A stretch of 64,000 nt of DNA from Candidatus Latescibacterota bacterium (GTDB lineage: Bacteria > Latescibacterota > UBA2968 > UBA8231). The translations under genes and the position numbers were made by a program. Shown in pieces: positions 1 through 9,538 of this stretch (position 1 is its first letter; the number at the start of each line of letters is the position of its first letter). Location of the stretch: positions 1,056,001-1,120,000 of the forward strand of contig CBDCSU010000006.1 in NCBI GenBank assembly GCA_965221775.1, given 5' to 3'. The notes below the pieces were generated by a model, which saw nothing but the letters and a program-made list of their open reading frames with translations, was not told where the DNA came from and made no database searches.

Positions 1-585
1 AAGGCTGATATCTTGGATGGTCGCAGTTACGGGGACATCAGCGTCTACTACGGCTCTCTCGACATCGTGGTCAATTTCACTGGATACAAGCTGGTTGACG
101 AGCGTTCCGGAGACGTCATCAAGACCGGTGGCGACAACGATGCCTTGTTCCTCAAGAGCCTGCATTCTCTCTGGCTTGACGTGCCACAAAGCGAAACCGC
201 GGTTGACGGCATTGGGGCAGTAGAGCACATGATTCGCGTCGGGGCAATGTTCGTGATTCCAATGGACCGTTTCGACACCAGCACCTACTCGGTCCGGGGT
301 GGCGAGCTTGCCGCGTACTGCTACGAGAACTACTCCGGCGGCATCGGAGTGGCGAAGAAGCTCTTCAGCGTGTGGGACACGGCAATGGAGAAGGGAGCGG
401 AGATCGCCCGCAACTGCCGGTGCCCCCTGGGATGCCAAAACTGCATCGAGCCTGCCAAATCCTGGGACATCAGCAACGCCCACATTGACAAGGTGAAGGG
501 ACTCGAACTGGCAGAGGACCTGTTGGGGGCAGTACGCGAAGGGCCAACTCACGAATTCAGGAATGGCCTAATGGGTCCCGTATAG
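1..585 (+). CDS. C-terminal part of DEAD/DEAH helicase with DUF1998 (MrfA-like Zn-binding) domain; 5' end lies outside the window
   Basis: Frame open from base 1. YENYSGGIG and CRCPLGCQNC match the DUF1998 pattern YDxxxGGxG...CxCxxGCxxC. GC is lower than in the downstream genes. Confidence 0.8.
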   Translation, partial: KADILDGRSYGDISVYYGSLDIVVNFTGYKLVDERSGDVIKTGGDNDALFLKSLHSLWLDVPQSETAVDGIGAVEHMIRVGAMFVIPMDRFDTSTYSVRGGELAAYCYENYSGGIGVAKKLFSVWDTAMEKGAEIARNCRCPLGCQNCIEPAKSWDISNAHIDKVKGLELAEDLLGAVREGPTHEFRNGLMGPV

Positions 586-702
586 TGGAAGCCCCGACAA
601 GGACGTTCGCCGGAGCAAATCCACCTCTCTCCCCGATGGAGATCCCCCGGGGCGATAGGGGTGAAAGGGTGGGCAGTGCCCCGGGCGTTCTTGCTTCCGC
701 CC

Positions 703-3240
703 TCAACCCCGCTGCCCCGCCAGCGGCACCTCCGTGCTCTCGCTGGTGGCCAGGGTCAGGGCGCGCAGGTCCTCGGGCTCGATGTTGTGGAGCACCGTCT
801 TGCCGCAGCAGCGCGCCATCATCGACGCCTCGCTGCAGTTGGCGCGCACCAGGTTGGCCACGGCCGAGGCGCGCTCCCCGGCGCCGAGGTCGGCGTCGAA
901 GGCCAGCTCCGAGCCCTGCACGTGACCTCCCGCCGCCAGTCCCGCCGAGACACCCAGCACCATGGCCGCGGCGCCCAGGCCGATGAGCTTGGCCGCGTCG
1001 GTGCCGGAGCGGACCCCGCCGAAGTGGACCAGGTCCACGTCGCCCTCGCGGCGGTGCTCGCGCAGGAGACGCACGGCGTCGCGCAACAGCCGCAGGTCGG
1101 GCGCCCCGGCCAGCTCCGCCCAGCCGTTGGCGGGCCACGCGGGGCCCTGGCCGTTGAGGAGCAGAAGCGACTGGTCCTGCTCCAAGGCCGCGGAAACGGC
1201 CGCCTCCAGATGCTCCCGCCGCGAGACGACCAGCCCCGTGACCTGGCCCTCCCGCAACCGCTCAGGCAGGCGGGCCCCGCCGGCGCCTGACACCAGCCGC
1301 AGCAGCCCGGCCGCCTCCGCCCGCGGCGCGGAACCGTCACCGCCGAGCATCTGGAGCCAGGGCACCGCCGTCTCCCGGGACAGGGGCCGGGCGCCCACGT
1401 AGACGGCCTCCGCCTCGGCCAGCCCGAGGGCCACGGCCTCCTTCACCTGGCGGGGGGACTCGTCGAAGCCGGTCACCATCAGCGGATGGGCCAGCTCCAG
1501 GACGCCGCCCAGCTCGCAGGCGACGCGGCAGGCCTCGCGGTAGGGGTCGATCACCAGGCGCGACAGGTTCGCGGGCAGGAAGACCAGGTCCTCCAGCTGC
1601 GGCGGCCGCTGCTCGGGGAAGGGGTTGTCCCGCGGCGCCAGGCGCCGCCGCAGCATGGCCTGCTGCTTGTCGGTCTCCCCCGTCTCCATGCGGGCCATGG
1701 AGAACAGGTCCTCGCGGTGCTGCACGCTGTAGTCGGGGGTGCCGGTCTCGGCGTCGCAGCGGTAGCAGCGCGCCGCCTCCTTGTGGGCCGACTCGGGGTC
1801 GTAGGTGCTCTCGATCTCGGGGAACGTCACCGGCTCGCGGCCGAGGCCGTGGAACTCCGGGTGCTGCAGGGCCAGCCGCTCCCACAAGGCGTCCTGGGCC
1901 ACCTCCACGCGGCGGGTGCGGTACGGGGTGCGGTAGGGCAGGGGCTCGTCGTGGCCCTCGAGGAAGTTGCGCACGTAGTAGGCGGCCTTCTGCCCGTGGT
2001 GCATGGCGATGACGATCGTCGAGCCGCCGAAGGCGCCGTCGCCGGCGGCGAAGACCTTGGGGTCGGTGGTGCGCATGCTGTCGAAGTCGGCGTCGATGCG
2101 GTCGGGGCGCATCATGCCCAGTTGGTCCAGCTCCTCGCAGACCCCCTTCTGCCCCACCGACGCGATCACCATGCCGCACTCGATGTCGTGCTCGCTTCCC
2201 GGCACGTTGACCGGACTGCGGCGGCCGTCGGCCTCGGGCTCGCCCAGCTCGGTGCGCACGCACTTCAGGGCGAGTCCCTCCCCCCGGGGTTCCACCGCCA
2301 CCGGCTGGGTGTGGTAGACGAACTCGATGCCCTCGGCGATCGCCCCCTCCAGCTCGATGCGCCGCGCCGGGATCTCCTCCGGGCCGCGGCGGTAGAGGAC
2401 CTGCACGTGCTCGCAGCCGGGCAGCCGCCGGGCGACGCGGCAGGCGTCCATGGCCACGTCGCCGCCGCCGACGACGACCACCTTCTCGGGCAGCCGGGGC
2501 CGCGCCCCGGCGTTGATCTCGCGCAGCCAGCCGACGCCGTCGATCACGCCCTCGTGCTCCTCGCCCGGGATCCCCATCGGCTTGCCCCACCAGGCACCGA
2601 TGGCCAGCAGCACGGCGTCGTGGCGCTCCTTCAGCTCCTCCAGGCTGATGTCGCGGCCGAGGGCGGTGTTCAGGTGGACCTCCAGGCCGGGGCAGCGCCG
2701 CGTCAGGCGCGTGATGTCCTCGTCGATGATGCCCGGCGGCAGGCGGAAGGCCGGGATCCCCCAGACCATCATGCCGCCGAGGCGGTCGGTCATCTCGTAG
2801 ACGTGCACGGCGTACCCGGCCTCGCCGAGGTCGTGGGCGGCGGTCAGCCCCGCGGGGCCGGCGCCGACGATGGCGATCGTCTCCTTCTTCGTCACCGGCA
2901 CCGGCGGCGGGTCGCAGCGGTGTCCGATGCGGTCCATGACGAAGCGCTTGAGGTTGCGGATCTGGATCGGGCCGTCCGAGTCGGTGCGCCGGCAGGCGGG
3001 CTCGCAGGGGGCGTCGCAGACGCGGCCGCAGATCGAGCTGAAGGGGTTGGTCGCCGTGATCGCCTCGAAGGCCTCCTCGTACTTCCCCTCCCAGATCAGG
3101 CCGATGTAGGAGGCCGCGTCGGTGCCCACGGGGCAGGCGACCTGGCAGGGCGCGGGTACGTAGTGGAGGTCGCCGGTGTCGTCGGCGAAGCCGGGCGGGG
3201 CGTCCGGCATGTCGATGCGCAGCAGGTCGTAGACGGCCAT
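703..3240 (-). CDS. GltD-like Fe-S/FAD/NAD(P) oxidoreductase fused to a C-terminal degenerate glutamate-synthase-like FMN barrel
   Basis: PCQVACP, CGRVCDAPCEPAC, GAGPAG, GGGDVAMD, YRR, FAAGD and EAARCYRC are GltD-like motifs. The C-terminal ~300 aa has GGVRSGTDAAKLIGLGA. Confidence 0.85.
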   Translation of the reverse strand: MAVYDLLRIDMPDAPPGFADDTGDLHYVPAPCQVACPVGTDAASYIGLIWEGKYEEAFEAITATNPFSSICGRVCDAPCEPACRRTDSDGPIQIRNLKRFVMDRIGHRCDPPPVPVTKKETIAIVGAGPAGLTAAHDLGEAGYAVHVYEMTDRLGGMMVWGIPAFRLPPGIIDEDITRLTRRCPGLEVHLNTALGRDISLEELKERHDAVLLAIGAWWGKPMGIPGEEHEGVIDGVGWLREINAGARPRLPEKVVVVGGGDVAMDACRVARRLPGCEHVQVLYRRGPEEIPARRIELEGAIAEGIEFVYHTQPVAVEPRGEGLALKCVRTELGEPEADGRRSPVNVPGSEHDIECGMVIASVGQKGVCEELDQLGMMRPDRIDADFDSMRTTDPKVFAAGDGAFGGSTIVIAMHHGQKAAYYVRNFLEGHDEPLPYRTPYRTRRVEVAQDALWERLALQHPEFHGLGREPVTFPEIESTYDPESAHKEAARCYRCDAETGTPDYSVQHREDLFSMARMETGETDKQQAMLRRRLAPRDNPFPEQRPPQLEDLVFLPANLSRLVIDPYREACRVACELGGVLELAHPLMVTGFDESPRQVKEAVALGLAEAEAVYVGARPLSRETAVPWLQMLGGDGSAPRAEAAGLLRLVSGAGGARLPERLREGQVTGLVVSRREHLEAAVSAALEQDQSLLLLNGQGPAWPANGWAELAGAPDLRLLRDAVRLLREHRREGDVDLVHFGGVRSGTDAAKLIGLGAAAMVLGVSAGLAAGGHVQGSELAFDADLGAGERASAVANLVRANCSEASMMARCCGKTVLHNIEPEDLRALTLATSESTEVPLAGQRG

Positions 3241-3244
3241 GGAG

Positions 3245-5170
3245 TCAGCCTTGGCCGGGCGCCAGCGGGAGCCCGGTGATCTCGGCGGCCTCCGGCGTCA
3301 GCGCCACGAGGTCGCCGCGGTTCAGCTCGCGGGTGCTGGAGTAGCCCATGCCGTGGGTCAGGGCGGCGATCTGCCAGCGCACGGTCTCCAGGAAGCGGTG
3401 GATGTTGCGCGCCTCCACGGCCGGCTCGTAGCGCTTCTCGTGCTCCGGGTCCTGGGTGGCGATGCCGGTGACGCACTGGCCCACGTGGCACTGCATGCAG
3501 GCGATGCAGCCGCCGGCGATGAGCACCGAGGTGCCGAAGGCGGCGGCGTCCGCCCCCAGGCAGAGGGCCTTCACCGCGTCGATGCCGTCCCGCAGGCCGC
3601 CCATGAGGACGACCTCGATGTCCTGGCGGCGGCCGATCTCCTCCAGCGCCTCCAGGGCCTCGATGATCGCCGGCAGGGTGGGGATGCCCACGTGGTCGAT
3701 GACCTCGCCGCTGCCGGCGCCGGTGGCGCCCTGCATGCCGTCCAGCTCGACGAAGTCGAAGCCGTCCTTGACGGCGATCTTGATGTCGTCGCGCACGCGG
3801 CCGGCGCCGAGCTTGACGCTCACCGGCTTGCGGTAGCCCGTGGCCTCGCGGAACTCCTCGATCTTGATGACCAGGTCGTCGGCGCCGAGGATGTCCGGGT
3901 GGCGCGACGGCGAGCGCAGGTCGATGCCCGCCGGGATGCCGCGGATCGCCGCCAGCTCCGGCGTCACCTTCTTGGCCATCAGCTGGCCGCCGAGGCCGGG
4001 CTTGGCCCCCTGGGAGATGTAGATCTCCAGGCCGTCGGCGCGCTTCATGTCGTGGATGTTCCAGCCCAGGCGGCCGCCCAAGCACTGGAAGATCAGCTGC
4101 TTGGCCGCGTCCCTCTGGGCGTCGCTCATGCCGCCCTCGCCGGTGTTCTCGGCGATGTCGGACATGGCCGAGGCCATGGCCACGGCCTGCTTCGTCGAGC
4201 GGCTGATGGCGCCGTAGCTCATGGGCGCGATCATGACCGGCATGCTCAGCTTCAGCGGCTCCGCTCCGTTGAGGCCGCCGATCTCGGTGCGCATCCGGAC
4301 CCTGGAGACCACGTCTTCCACCTGCCCGGCGCCGGTCAGGTCGGCGCGGAAGCCGAGGTCGGCCAGGTGCGGAAGGGGCCGCGCCGCCCCGTAGCCGCGG
4401 ATGCGGTAGCGGCCGATGCGCGACTTGACGTGCACGTCCTCCTGCACCTTGGGGTTCCAGTACTCCGAGTCCCGCGAGTAGGTGAAGAAGGGGATGCTGC
4501 GCACTTGGGGCTCCTCGGTGGCGTAGCGCAGCTTGGTGCCGGCGTTGACGATCTTCCGCAGGGAACCGCGGAAGGGGATCTCCCAGCGGTCGAGGAACTC
4601 GCGCACGCTGTCGTCGTCGCCCTCGTCCAGATCGGTCAGCTCGGCGTCGCTGCCGAGGTCGCGAACCTGGCCCCCCACGAAGATCTCGCCCCCGGTCATG
4701 TCCTCGCCGACGCGCTCGCCCGAATCGCCGAGGAGGATGATGCGCCCCCCGTACATCATGTAGCCGGCCATGAAGTTGGCGTTGCCGGCGCAGCACAGGG
4801 TGCCGGCCTTCATCACCTGGCCGGCGCGGGAGCCGAGGTTGCCGTGGACCACCACCTCGGCGCCGCGGATGGCGACGCCGGCGATGGCCCCGGCGTTGCC
4901 GCGGACCACCACCGATCCGGTGTACATGTTGTCGGCCAGCCCCCAGCCGACGTTGTTGTCGACCTCGAAGCGGGCCTGGTCCGACAGGCCGGCGCAGAAG
5001 TAGCCCGCCGACCCCCGCACCCGCACACGGATCGGCGAGGTGAGGCCGACGCCGATGTGGTGGCGGGCGTCGGGGTTGAGGACCTCCACGTCCTCGCCGG
5101 CCTCGCCGTGGGCGCGGATGCGTTCGTTGGCCTCGCGGACCGGTACTTGGGCGAGATCTACCTGGACCAT
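3245..5170 (-). CDS. mgsBC: Fused GXGXG domain and FMN-binding glutamate synthase domain (N-methylglutamate synthase subunits B+C)
   Basis: N-terminal GXGXG repeats, then APMSYGA, NTGEGG, QGAKPGLGG, SPSRHPD and the cluster motif CIACMQCHVGQC. Adjacent to mgsA and linked to mgd/gmaS. Confidence 0.85.
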   Translation of the reverse strand: MVQVDLAQVPVREANERIRAHGEAGEDVEVLNPDARHHIGVGLTSPIRVRVRGSAGYFCAGLSDQARFEVDNNVGWGLADNMYTGSVVVRGNAGAIAGVAIRGAEVVVHGNLGSRAGQVMKAGTLCCAGNANFMAGYMMYGGRIILLGDSGERVGEDMTGGEIFVGGQVRDLGSDAELTDLDEGDDDSVREFLDRWEIPFRGSLRKIVNAGTKLRYATEEPQVRSIPFFTYSRDSEYWNPKVQEDVHVKSRIGRYRIRGYGAARPLPHLADLGFRADLTGAGQVEDVVSRVRMRTEIGGLNGAEPLKLSMPVMIAPMSYGAISRSTKQAVAMASAMSDIAENTGEGGMSDAQRDAAKQLIFQCLGGRLGWNIHDMKRADGLEIYISQGAKPGLGGQLMAKKVTPELAAIRGIPAGIDLRSPSRHPDILGADDLVIKIEEFREATGYRKPVSVKLGAGRVRDDIKIAVKDGFDFVELDGMQGATGAGSGEVIDHVGIPTLPAIIEALEALEEIGRRQDIEVVLMGGLRDGIDAVKALCLGADAAAFGTSVLIAGGCIACMQCHVGQCVTGIATQDPEHEKRYEPAVEARNIHRFLETVRWQIAALTHGMGYSSTRELNRGDLVALTPEAAEITGLPLAPGQG

Positions 5171-6063
5171 GTGGCGTAGGTTCCCGGCGGGGGCTCGCGG
5201 GTGTCGAGGGCCTGGCCGGGGAACAGGCGGTTGAGGGAGACCTCCTCGGAGGCGACGGCCACCAGGTCATCGTTCTCGTACATGATCATCGGCTTGGCGG
5301 CGATGCGGTCCTTGGCGTAGCCGATCTCGTCCTTCGTCGACACCAGGAAGGAGAAGGTGCCGTCCAGGTCGTCGATGGAGGTGCGCAGGGCCTCCTGGAG
5401 CGGCACCCCCTGGGAGAGCTTGTCCGCCAGGTAGACGGCGATCAGCTCCGAGTCGTTGTCGGTGGCGAACTCGAAGCCGCGCTGCTCCAGGCGGCGGCGC
5501 ATCTTCCAGTAGTTGGTGATCTGGCCGTTGTGGACGATGGCCACGTCGGCGAACCCGGTGGCCCAGAAGGGGTGGGAGGCCTCGGGCTTGACGTCGCTCT
5601 CGGTGGCCAGGCGCACGTGGCCGAGGCCGTGGCTGCCCTCGAACTGCTGCACGCCGTAGCGCCCGTCCACGTCGCGGGCGCCGCCCACGTCCTTGACGAT
5701 CTCCAGGCTCGAGCCGATGGAGACGACCTTGGCGGCGTGCTCCACGGCGTAGGCGAAGCGCTGCAGGTCGCCGTCGAACTCGACGGTGACGCGGTAGTCG
5801 CCGCCGACGCGCTCCTCGCTCACCACCGAGGCCCCCTGCTGCTTCAGGGCCTCGCCGATGCGGGCGCAGGCCGCCTCGGCGCCGCCGTCCTCGCCGACGA
5901 TGAAGCGCAGCCGCAGGCGCCCGGGCTCGTCCTCGCCGTAGAGGGCGAACCCGGTGGAGTCGGGGCCGCGGTGCTGGCAGCCGTCGAGCATCTCCACCAG
6001 GGCGCGGCCGGCGCTCAGGTGCTCCGGCGGACGCTTGAACAGGATTCCGGCGATGCCGCACAT
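5158..6063 (-). CDS. mgsA: Class II glutamine amidotransferase (N-methylglutamate synthase subunit A)
   Basis: Ntn-type start MCGIAG at 6063; HRGPDSTG, GHVRLAT, SHPF, HNGQITN, TDNDSE. Confidence 0.88.
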   Translation of the reverse strand: MCGIAGILFKRPPEHLSAGRALVEMLDGCQHRGPDSTGFALYGEDEPGRLRLRFIVGEDGGAEAACARIGEALKQQGASVVSEERVGGDYRVTVEFDGDLQRFAYAVEHAAKVVSIGSSLEIVKDVGGARDVDGRYGVQQFEGSHGLGHVRLATESDVKPEASHPFWATGFADVAIVHNGQITNYWKMRRRLEQRGFEFATDNDSELIAVYLADKLSQGVPLQEALRTSIDDLDGTFSFLVSTKDEIGYAKDRIAAKPMIMYENDDLVAVASEEVSLNRLFPGQALDTREPPPGTYATWSR

Positions 6064-6064
6064 G

Positions 6065-6694
6065 TCAGCTCTCCCTCGGCTCAATCAGGACGGACAGGAA
6101 GCGGATGGGCAGCTCGGTGAGCTCCTCGGGCCCGTGGGGGGCCTCGGCGTCGAAGAACAGGGAGTCGCCCGGGCCCATGGCCCAGGTGCGGTCCCCGTGC
6201 CTGTAGGTGATGCGGCCCTCGAGGATGTAGATGAACTCGACGCCGCCGTGCTGGAAGACCGGGAAGACGTCCGACTCGCCGGTCAGGTGGATCAGGTAGG
6301 GCTCGACGAACATGCGCCGGCTCACGGTGTGCCCGAGGAGCTGGTACTGGTGTCCGGCGCGGGTGCCGCGGCGCTCGATGTCGAGGCCGGTGCCGGCGCG
6401 CACGAAGGAGACATCGCGGGCCTCCTCGTACTTGCGGAAGAGGGCGGTCACCGGGACGTTGAGGGCCCCCGCCAGGGCGCTCAGGGTCGCCAGGGAGGGC
6501 GAGGTGAGACCGTTCTCGATCTTGGAGAGCATCCCCGCCGACAGACCCGCCTCGCGCGACAGGTCGGCGGCGGTCATGTCCAACTGCTGGCGGAAGCTGC
6601 GGATCTGGCGGCCAATGGAGCGCTCCAGGCGGTTCTCGGGGGCGCCGGTAGTCGCCGGATCGGCGACTGCGTTGCGATGATTCGACTCGGCCAT
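6065..6694 (-). CDS. XRE-family HTH regulator with cupin sensor domain
   Basis: LSAGMLSKIENG HTH and C-terminal cupin (EFIYILEG...GDSLFFDAEAPH). Start placed at ATG 6694 from the promoter position. Confidence 0.88.
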   Translation of the reverse strand: MAESNHRNAVADPATTGAPENRLERSIGRQIRSFRQQLDMTAADLSREAGLSAGMLSKIENGLTSPSLATLSALAGALNVPVTALFRKYEEARDVSFVRAGTGLDIERRGTRAGHQYQLLGHTVSRRMFVEPYLIHLTGESDVFPVFQHGGVEFIYILEGRITYRHGDRTWAMGPGDSLFFDAEAPHGPEELTELPIRFLSVLIEPRES

Positions 6695-6701
6695 CTCCGG
6701 G

Positions 6702-6730
6702 AGTATACCTCTCACCGCCATGAGATGCAA
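6702..6730 (-). promoter_or_regulatory. Sigma70-type promoter for the XRE-mgs operon, probably giving a leaderless mRNA
   Basis: Minus strand TTGCAT (6730-6725), 17 nt, TATACT (6707-6702), 7 nt, ATG (6694). Confidence 0.65.
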
Positions 6731-6795
6731 TCTTCTTTCCCTTCATTCAACCCTTGAGCCCTGCCGTATCTTGTCGCCTTTCGGGAGGTAAATCC

Positions 6796-7287
6796 GTGAA
6801 CGGCGATCCCATCGACCGCAGCGCCTTCCAGGCGATCGGCGAATCCGTTGACTTCGGGCCCCTCACCTCGATCCGGCGGCCCGAAAACATCCGCCTCGGC
6901 GACCACGTGAGCTTCATCCACGGGGCCTTCCTGAACCCCGGCGCCACCTGGATCGAGGTCGGCAGTCACACCCACTTCGCTCCGTACTGCGTCCTCTACG
7001 GGCCCCTCACCATCGGCTCCCGGGTGGCGGTGGCGGCCCACGTCGTCTTCGCCAGCATCGGCCATGGCCACGATCGCATCGACCAGCCGATGGTCGATCA
7101 GCCCGTCACGCGGCGGGAGATCGTGATCGAGGACGATGTCTGGATCGGGGCCAACGCGGTGATCCTCGGGGGCGTGCGGGTCGGGGCTCACAGCATCGTC
7201 GGCGCCGGCGCCGTGGTCACCCGCGACGTTCCGCCGTACTCCGTCGTCGGCGGCGTTCCCGCCAGGCTCATCCGGCGCCGCGAGTAA
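6796..7287 (+). CDS. Hexapeptide-repeat (LbH) acyltransferase
   Basis: [36 protein letters not shown]; GGAGG at 6784 before GTG. Confidence 0.88.
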   Translation: MNGDPIDRSAFQAIGESVDFGPLTSIRRPENIRLGDHVSFIHGAFLNPGATWIEVGSHTHFAPYCVLYGPLTIGSRVAVAAHVVFASIGHGHDRIDQPMVDQPVTRREIVIEDDVWIGANAVILGGVRVGAHSIVGAGAVVTRDVPPYSVVGGVPARLIRRRE

Positions 7288-7298
7288 CTCCAGCAGAG

Positions 7299-9314
7299 TC
7301 AGCCGGGGCGGCGGACGACCAGCAGGGGGCCGTCTTCCGGCGTCAGCTCGCTTCGCGGCTCGAAGGCGGTGACCGCGCCCGCCGCGAGCCGGCACGACCA
7401 CAGGGGCCCGGGGGGCGGCTGCCCCAGCACGTCACCCGGACGGACGGACCCGGCCTCGACGATCACCAGGCAGGCCTGGTCTCCGAGAGAGGCGATCTCG
7501 CAGGACCCGCGCCGGGAGACGGAGACCGCACGGCCGGCTCCCCGGCGCAGCAGGGCGCCGAGGCATCGGGCAACCTCGAAGGAGGGCCGCGGGTTGCAGC
7601 GCGTGTCCAGCAGGCCCCAGGCCGCGTCCATGGTGCGGTCCAGGTCGACCAGCGGCTCGAGGAAGACCGGTACGTCGAGACTCGCCGCGGCCAGCAGGGC
7701 GCGGGCCACGGCCTTCGCGTTGGTCCCGTCGTCCACGGCGGGCAGCTCGACAAGCAGCTGCAGCCTCCACGACCTCCGGCCGCGGGCCTGCTCCAGGCGC
7801 CTCGCCGTCTCCCAGGGATCGGACGGGTCCAGCCGGCAGGCAACGGCGGCCGTCAGGCGCGACGCCTCGAGGGCCTCGCCGAGGTCGTCCAGCTCGTCGG
7901 GCGAAAACCCGATCCGCGTGCGGTGGTGCTGCTTGCCCGGCACCGGCTGGCCCGGGAGCACGGGGGCCAGCACCAGGGGCGGCGCGGCCTTCTCCAGCGC
8001 CGACAGGGATCGGGTATCCGGCAGGACGCGCCCGGGCAACTGCACCTCCAGGGCATCCGCTCCGGCGAGAGCGCCGGCGTGGGCGAGGGCCTCCTCCTCG
8101 CCGAGGGCGACGGCCTGTACGCGCACCCCCTCGGCGCGCAGCACGTCGAGGCGCCGGGCCTGCACCGGATCCGCCAAGTCGGCCAGGGGCGCGCGCACCC
8201 ACGAGGCGCCCATCTCCAGGCAGGCGAGCAGCGGGTAGTCGTTGCGCACCGGCTGACGGATCACCGACGGCCAGGCCAGGGGCACGTCGGCCTGTGGGGC
8301 CAGGGCATGGCGCAGGGTGAGACCGGTGCCGAAGCGAGACCCGTCCCGGGCCGGCTTCTCGGACGCGGCCGGCAGCGGCGTGATCAGGCAGGACCCGTCG
8401 CCGGCGGCCGCCAGCGCCGCCATGCGCACGCGGTGAACGTCGAGCCGGCCGCCGGACACCCGGCACAGGAAGAACCCCAGCTTCCCGGCGTCGTCCCGGC
8501 CCTGCTCCGGAGGCGGAGCCGAGGTGAAGAGATGCGAGAACCCGGGCCTCGTGAACGACGGGGAGGGGGTCACGTAGTAGCGGCAGAGGCCGGCCTCGGC
8601 GGCGACGTGATCGAAGAACTGGAAGTGCACGTGTCCGGCGAACATGGCGAGCACCCGGTGCCGGCGCACCCGATCGAGGAGCCAGCCGCGGTCCGGCTCG
8701 CCGAGGTTGTCGTAGTGGCCGAGCCAGGGCTCGCCGGGGTCCCCGAGGTACGGCGGCATGTGCAGGAACAGGACGCACGGCTCGGAACCCGCCGCCGCCA
8801 GCTGCGCCTCGAACCAGGCCCGCTGCCGGGCGGCCGCGGCCAGACCGGTGTTGAACAGCTGCGAGTTGAGCACCAGGAAGCGGACCCCCGCCGCGGACCA
8901 GGACCGCCAGGACGGTCCGTGCCTCCGCTCCCAGATGCCGAGGCTCTCCTCGGTCGCCTCGCCGGTGGGCATGGTCGGGTCGGGGCGATCGCCGATGTCG
9001 TGGTTGCCGGCCGCGAAGCGGCAGCGCTCCCACAGCCCTGCGGCGCGGATCTGGTCGAGTGCCTCGCCCACGGCGCGGTCGTAGTCGGGCCGGCCCGGGA
9101 ACTCCTGCACCATGTCGCCGAGATGCACGACGAAGGCCGGGTCGAGGCCGGCGACGGCGCGCCAGGCGGCCCCGGCCCGCTGGCCCTGGCGGCGGCGCGA
9201 CTCGAACTCCAGGGGAGCGTCGCCGACGTCGATCATGTAGTGGGTGTCGGAGACGACGACGAACTCGAGGTCCGCCGGCGGCAGCAGGCTGCGGTCGAAG
9301 CGGGGTGGAGGCAT
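7299..9314 (-). CDS. Calcineurin-like metallophosphoesterase with uncharacterised C-terminal domain
   Basis: SDTH, HLGD, GNHD, LHMP and GHVH motifs. Confidence 0.8.
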   Translation of the reverse strand: MPPPRFDRSLLPPADLEFVVVSDTHYMIDVGDAPLEFESRRRQGQRAGAAWRAVAGLDPAFVVHLGDMVQEFPGRPDYDRAVGEALDQIRAAGLWERCRFAAGNHDIGDRPDPTMPTGEATEESLGIWERRHGPSWRSWSAAGVRFLVLNSQLFNTGLAAAARQRAWFEAQLAAAGSEPCVLFLHMPPYLGDPGEPWLGHYDNLGEPDRGWLLDRVRRHRVLAMFAGHVHFQFFDHVAAEAGLCRYYVTPSPSFTRPGFSHLFTSAPPPEQGRDDAGKLGFFLCRVSGGRLDVHRVRMAALAAAGDGSCLITPLPAASEKPARDGSRFGTGLTLRHALAPQADVPLAWPSVIRQPVRNDYPLLACLEMGASWVRAPLADLADPVQARRLDVLRAEGVRVQAVALGEEEALAHAGALAGADALEVQLPGRVLPDTRSLSALEKAAPPLVLAPVLPGQPVPGKQHHRTRIGFSPDELDDLGEALEASRLTAAVACRLDPSDPWETARRLEQARGRRSWRLQLLVELPAVDDGTNAKAVARALLAAASLDVPVFLEPLVDLDRTMDAAWGLLDTRCNPRPSFEVARCLGALLRRGAGRAVSVSRRGSCEIASLGDQACLVIVEAGSVRPGDVLGQPPPGPLWSCRLAAGAVTAFEPRSELTPEDGPLLVVRRPG

Positions 9315-9538
9315 CTCGGCGTCTTCCGGGAGGCGCGGCTCGACGTGCCCTTGGTGCCTGTGCCCAGTCGCTCGCCGCTGCATCCCGGCGCGCGCAAGCA
9401 CGAGGTCGCTGATGTTGCACAAGAGGGGTGGGGCCGGCAAGCTCGGGCGATGGCCGGGCCGCGGGTGAGGTGGCGAGCCTCCCCCTTGCGGCACATCTTT
9501 CCGCCTTCTCCCGTGCGTTACCCGCGGAGCGCCTCCGA

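Noticed and set aside
620-675. REP-like imperfect palindrome (similar purine/pyrimidine patch at about 62514-62546)
   Set aside because: Pairing is imperfect and the two sites are not clearly the same repeat.
703-6063. Ordinary glutamate synthase gltBD
   Set aside because: Split and permuted domains, no central domain, and linkage to gmaS and mgd favour NMG synthase.
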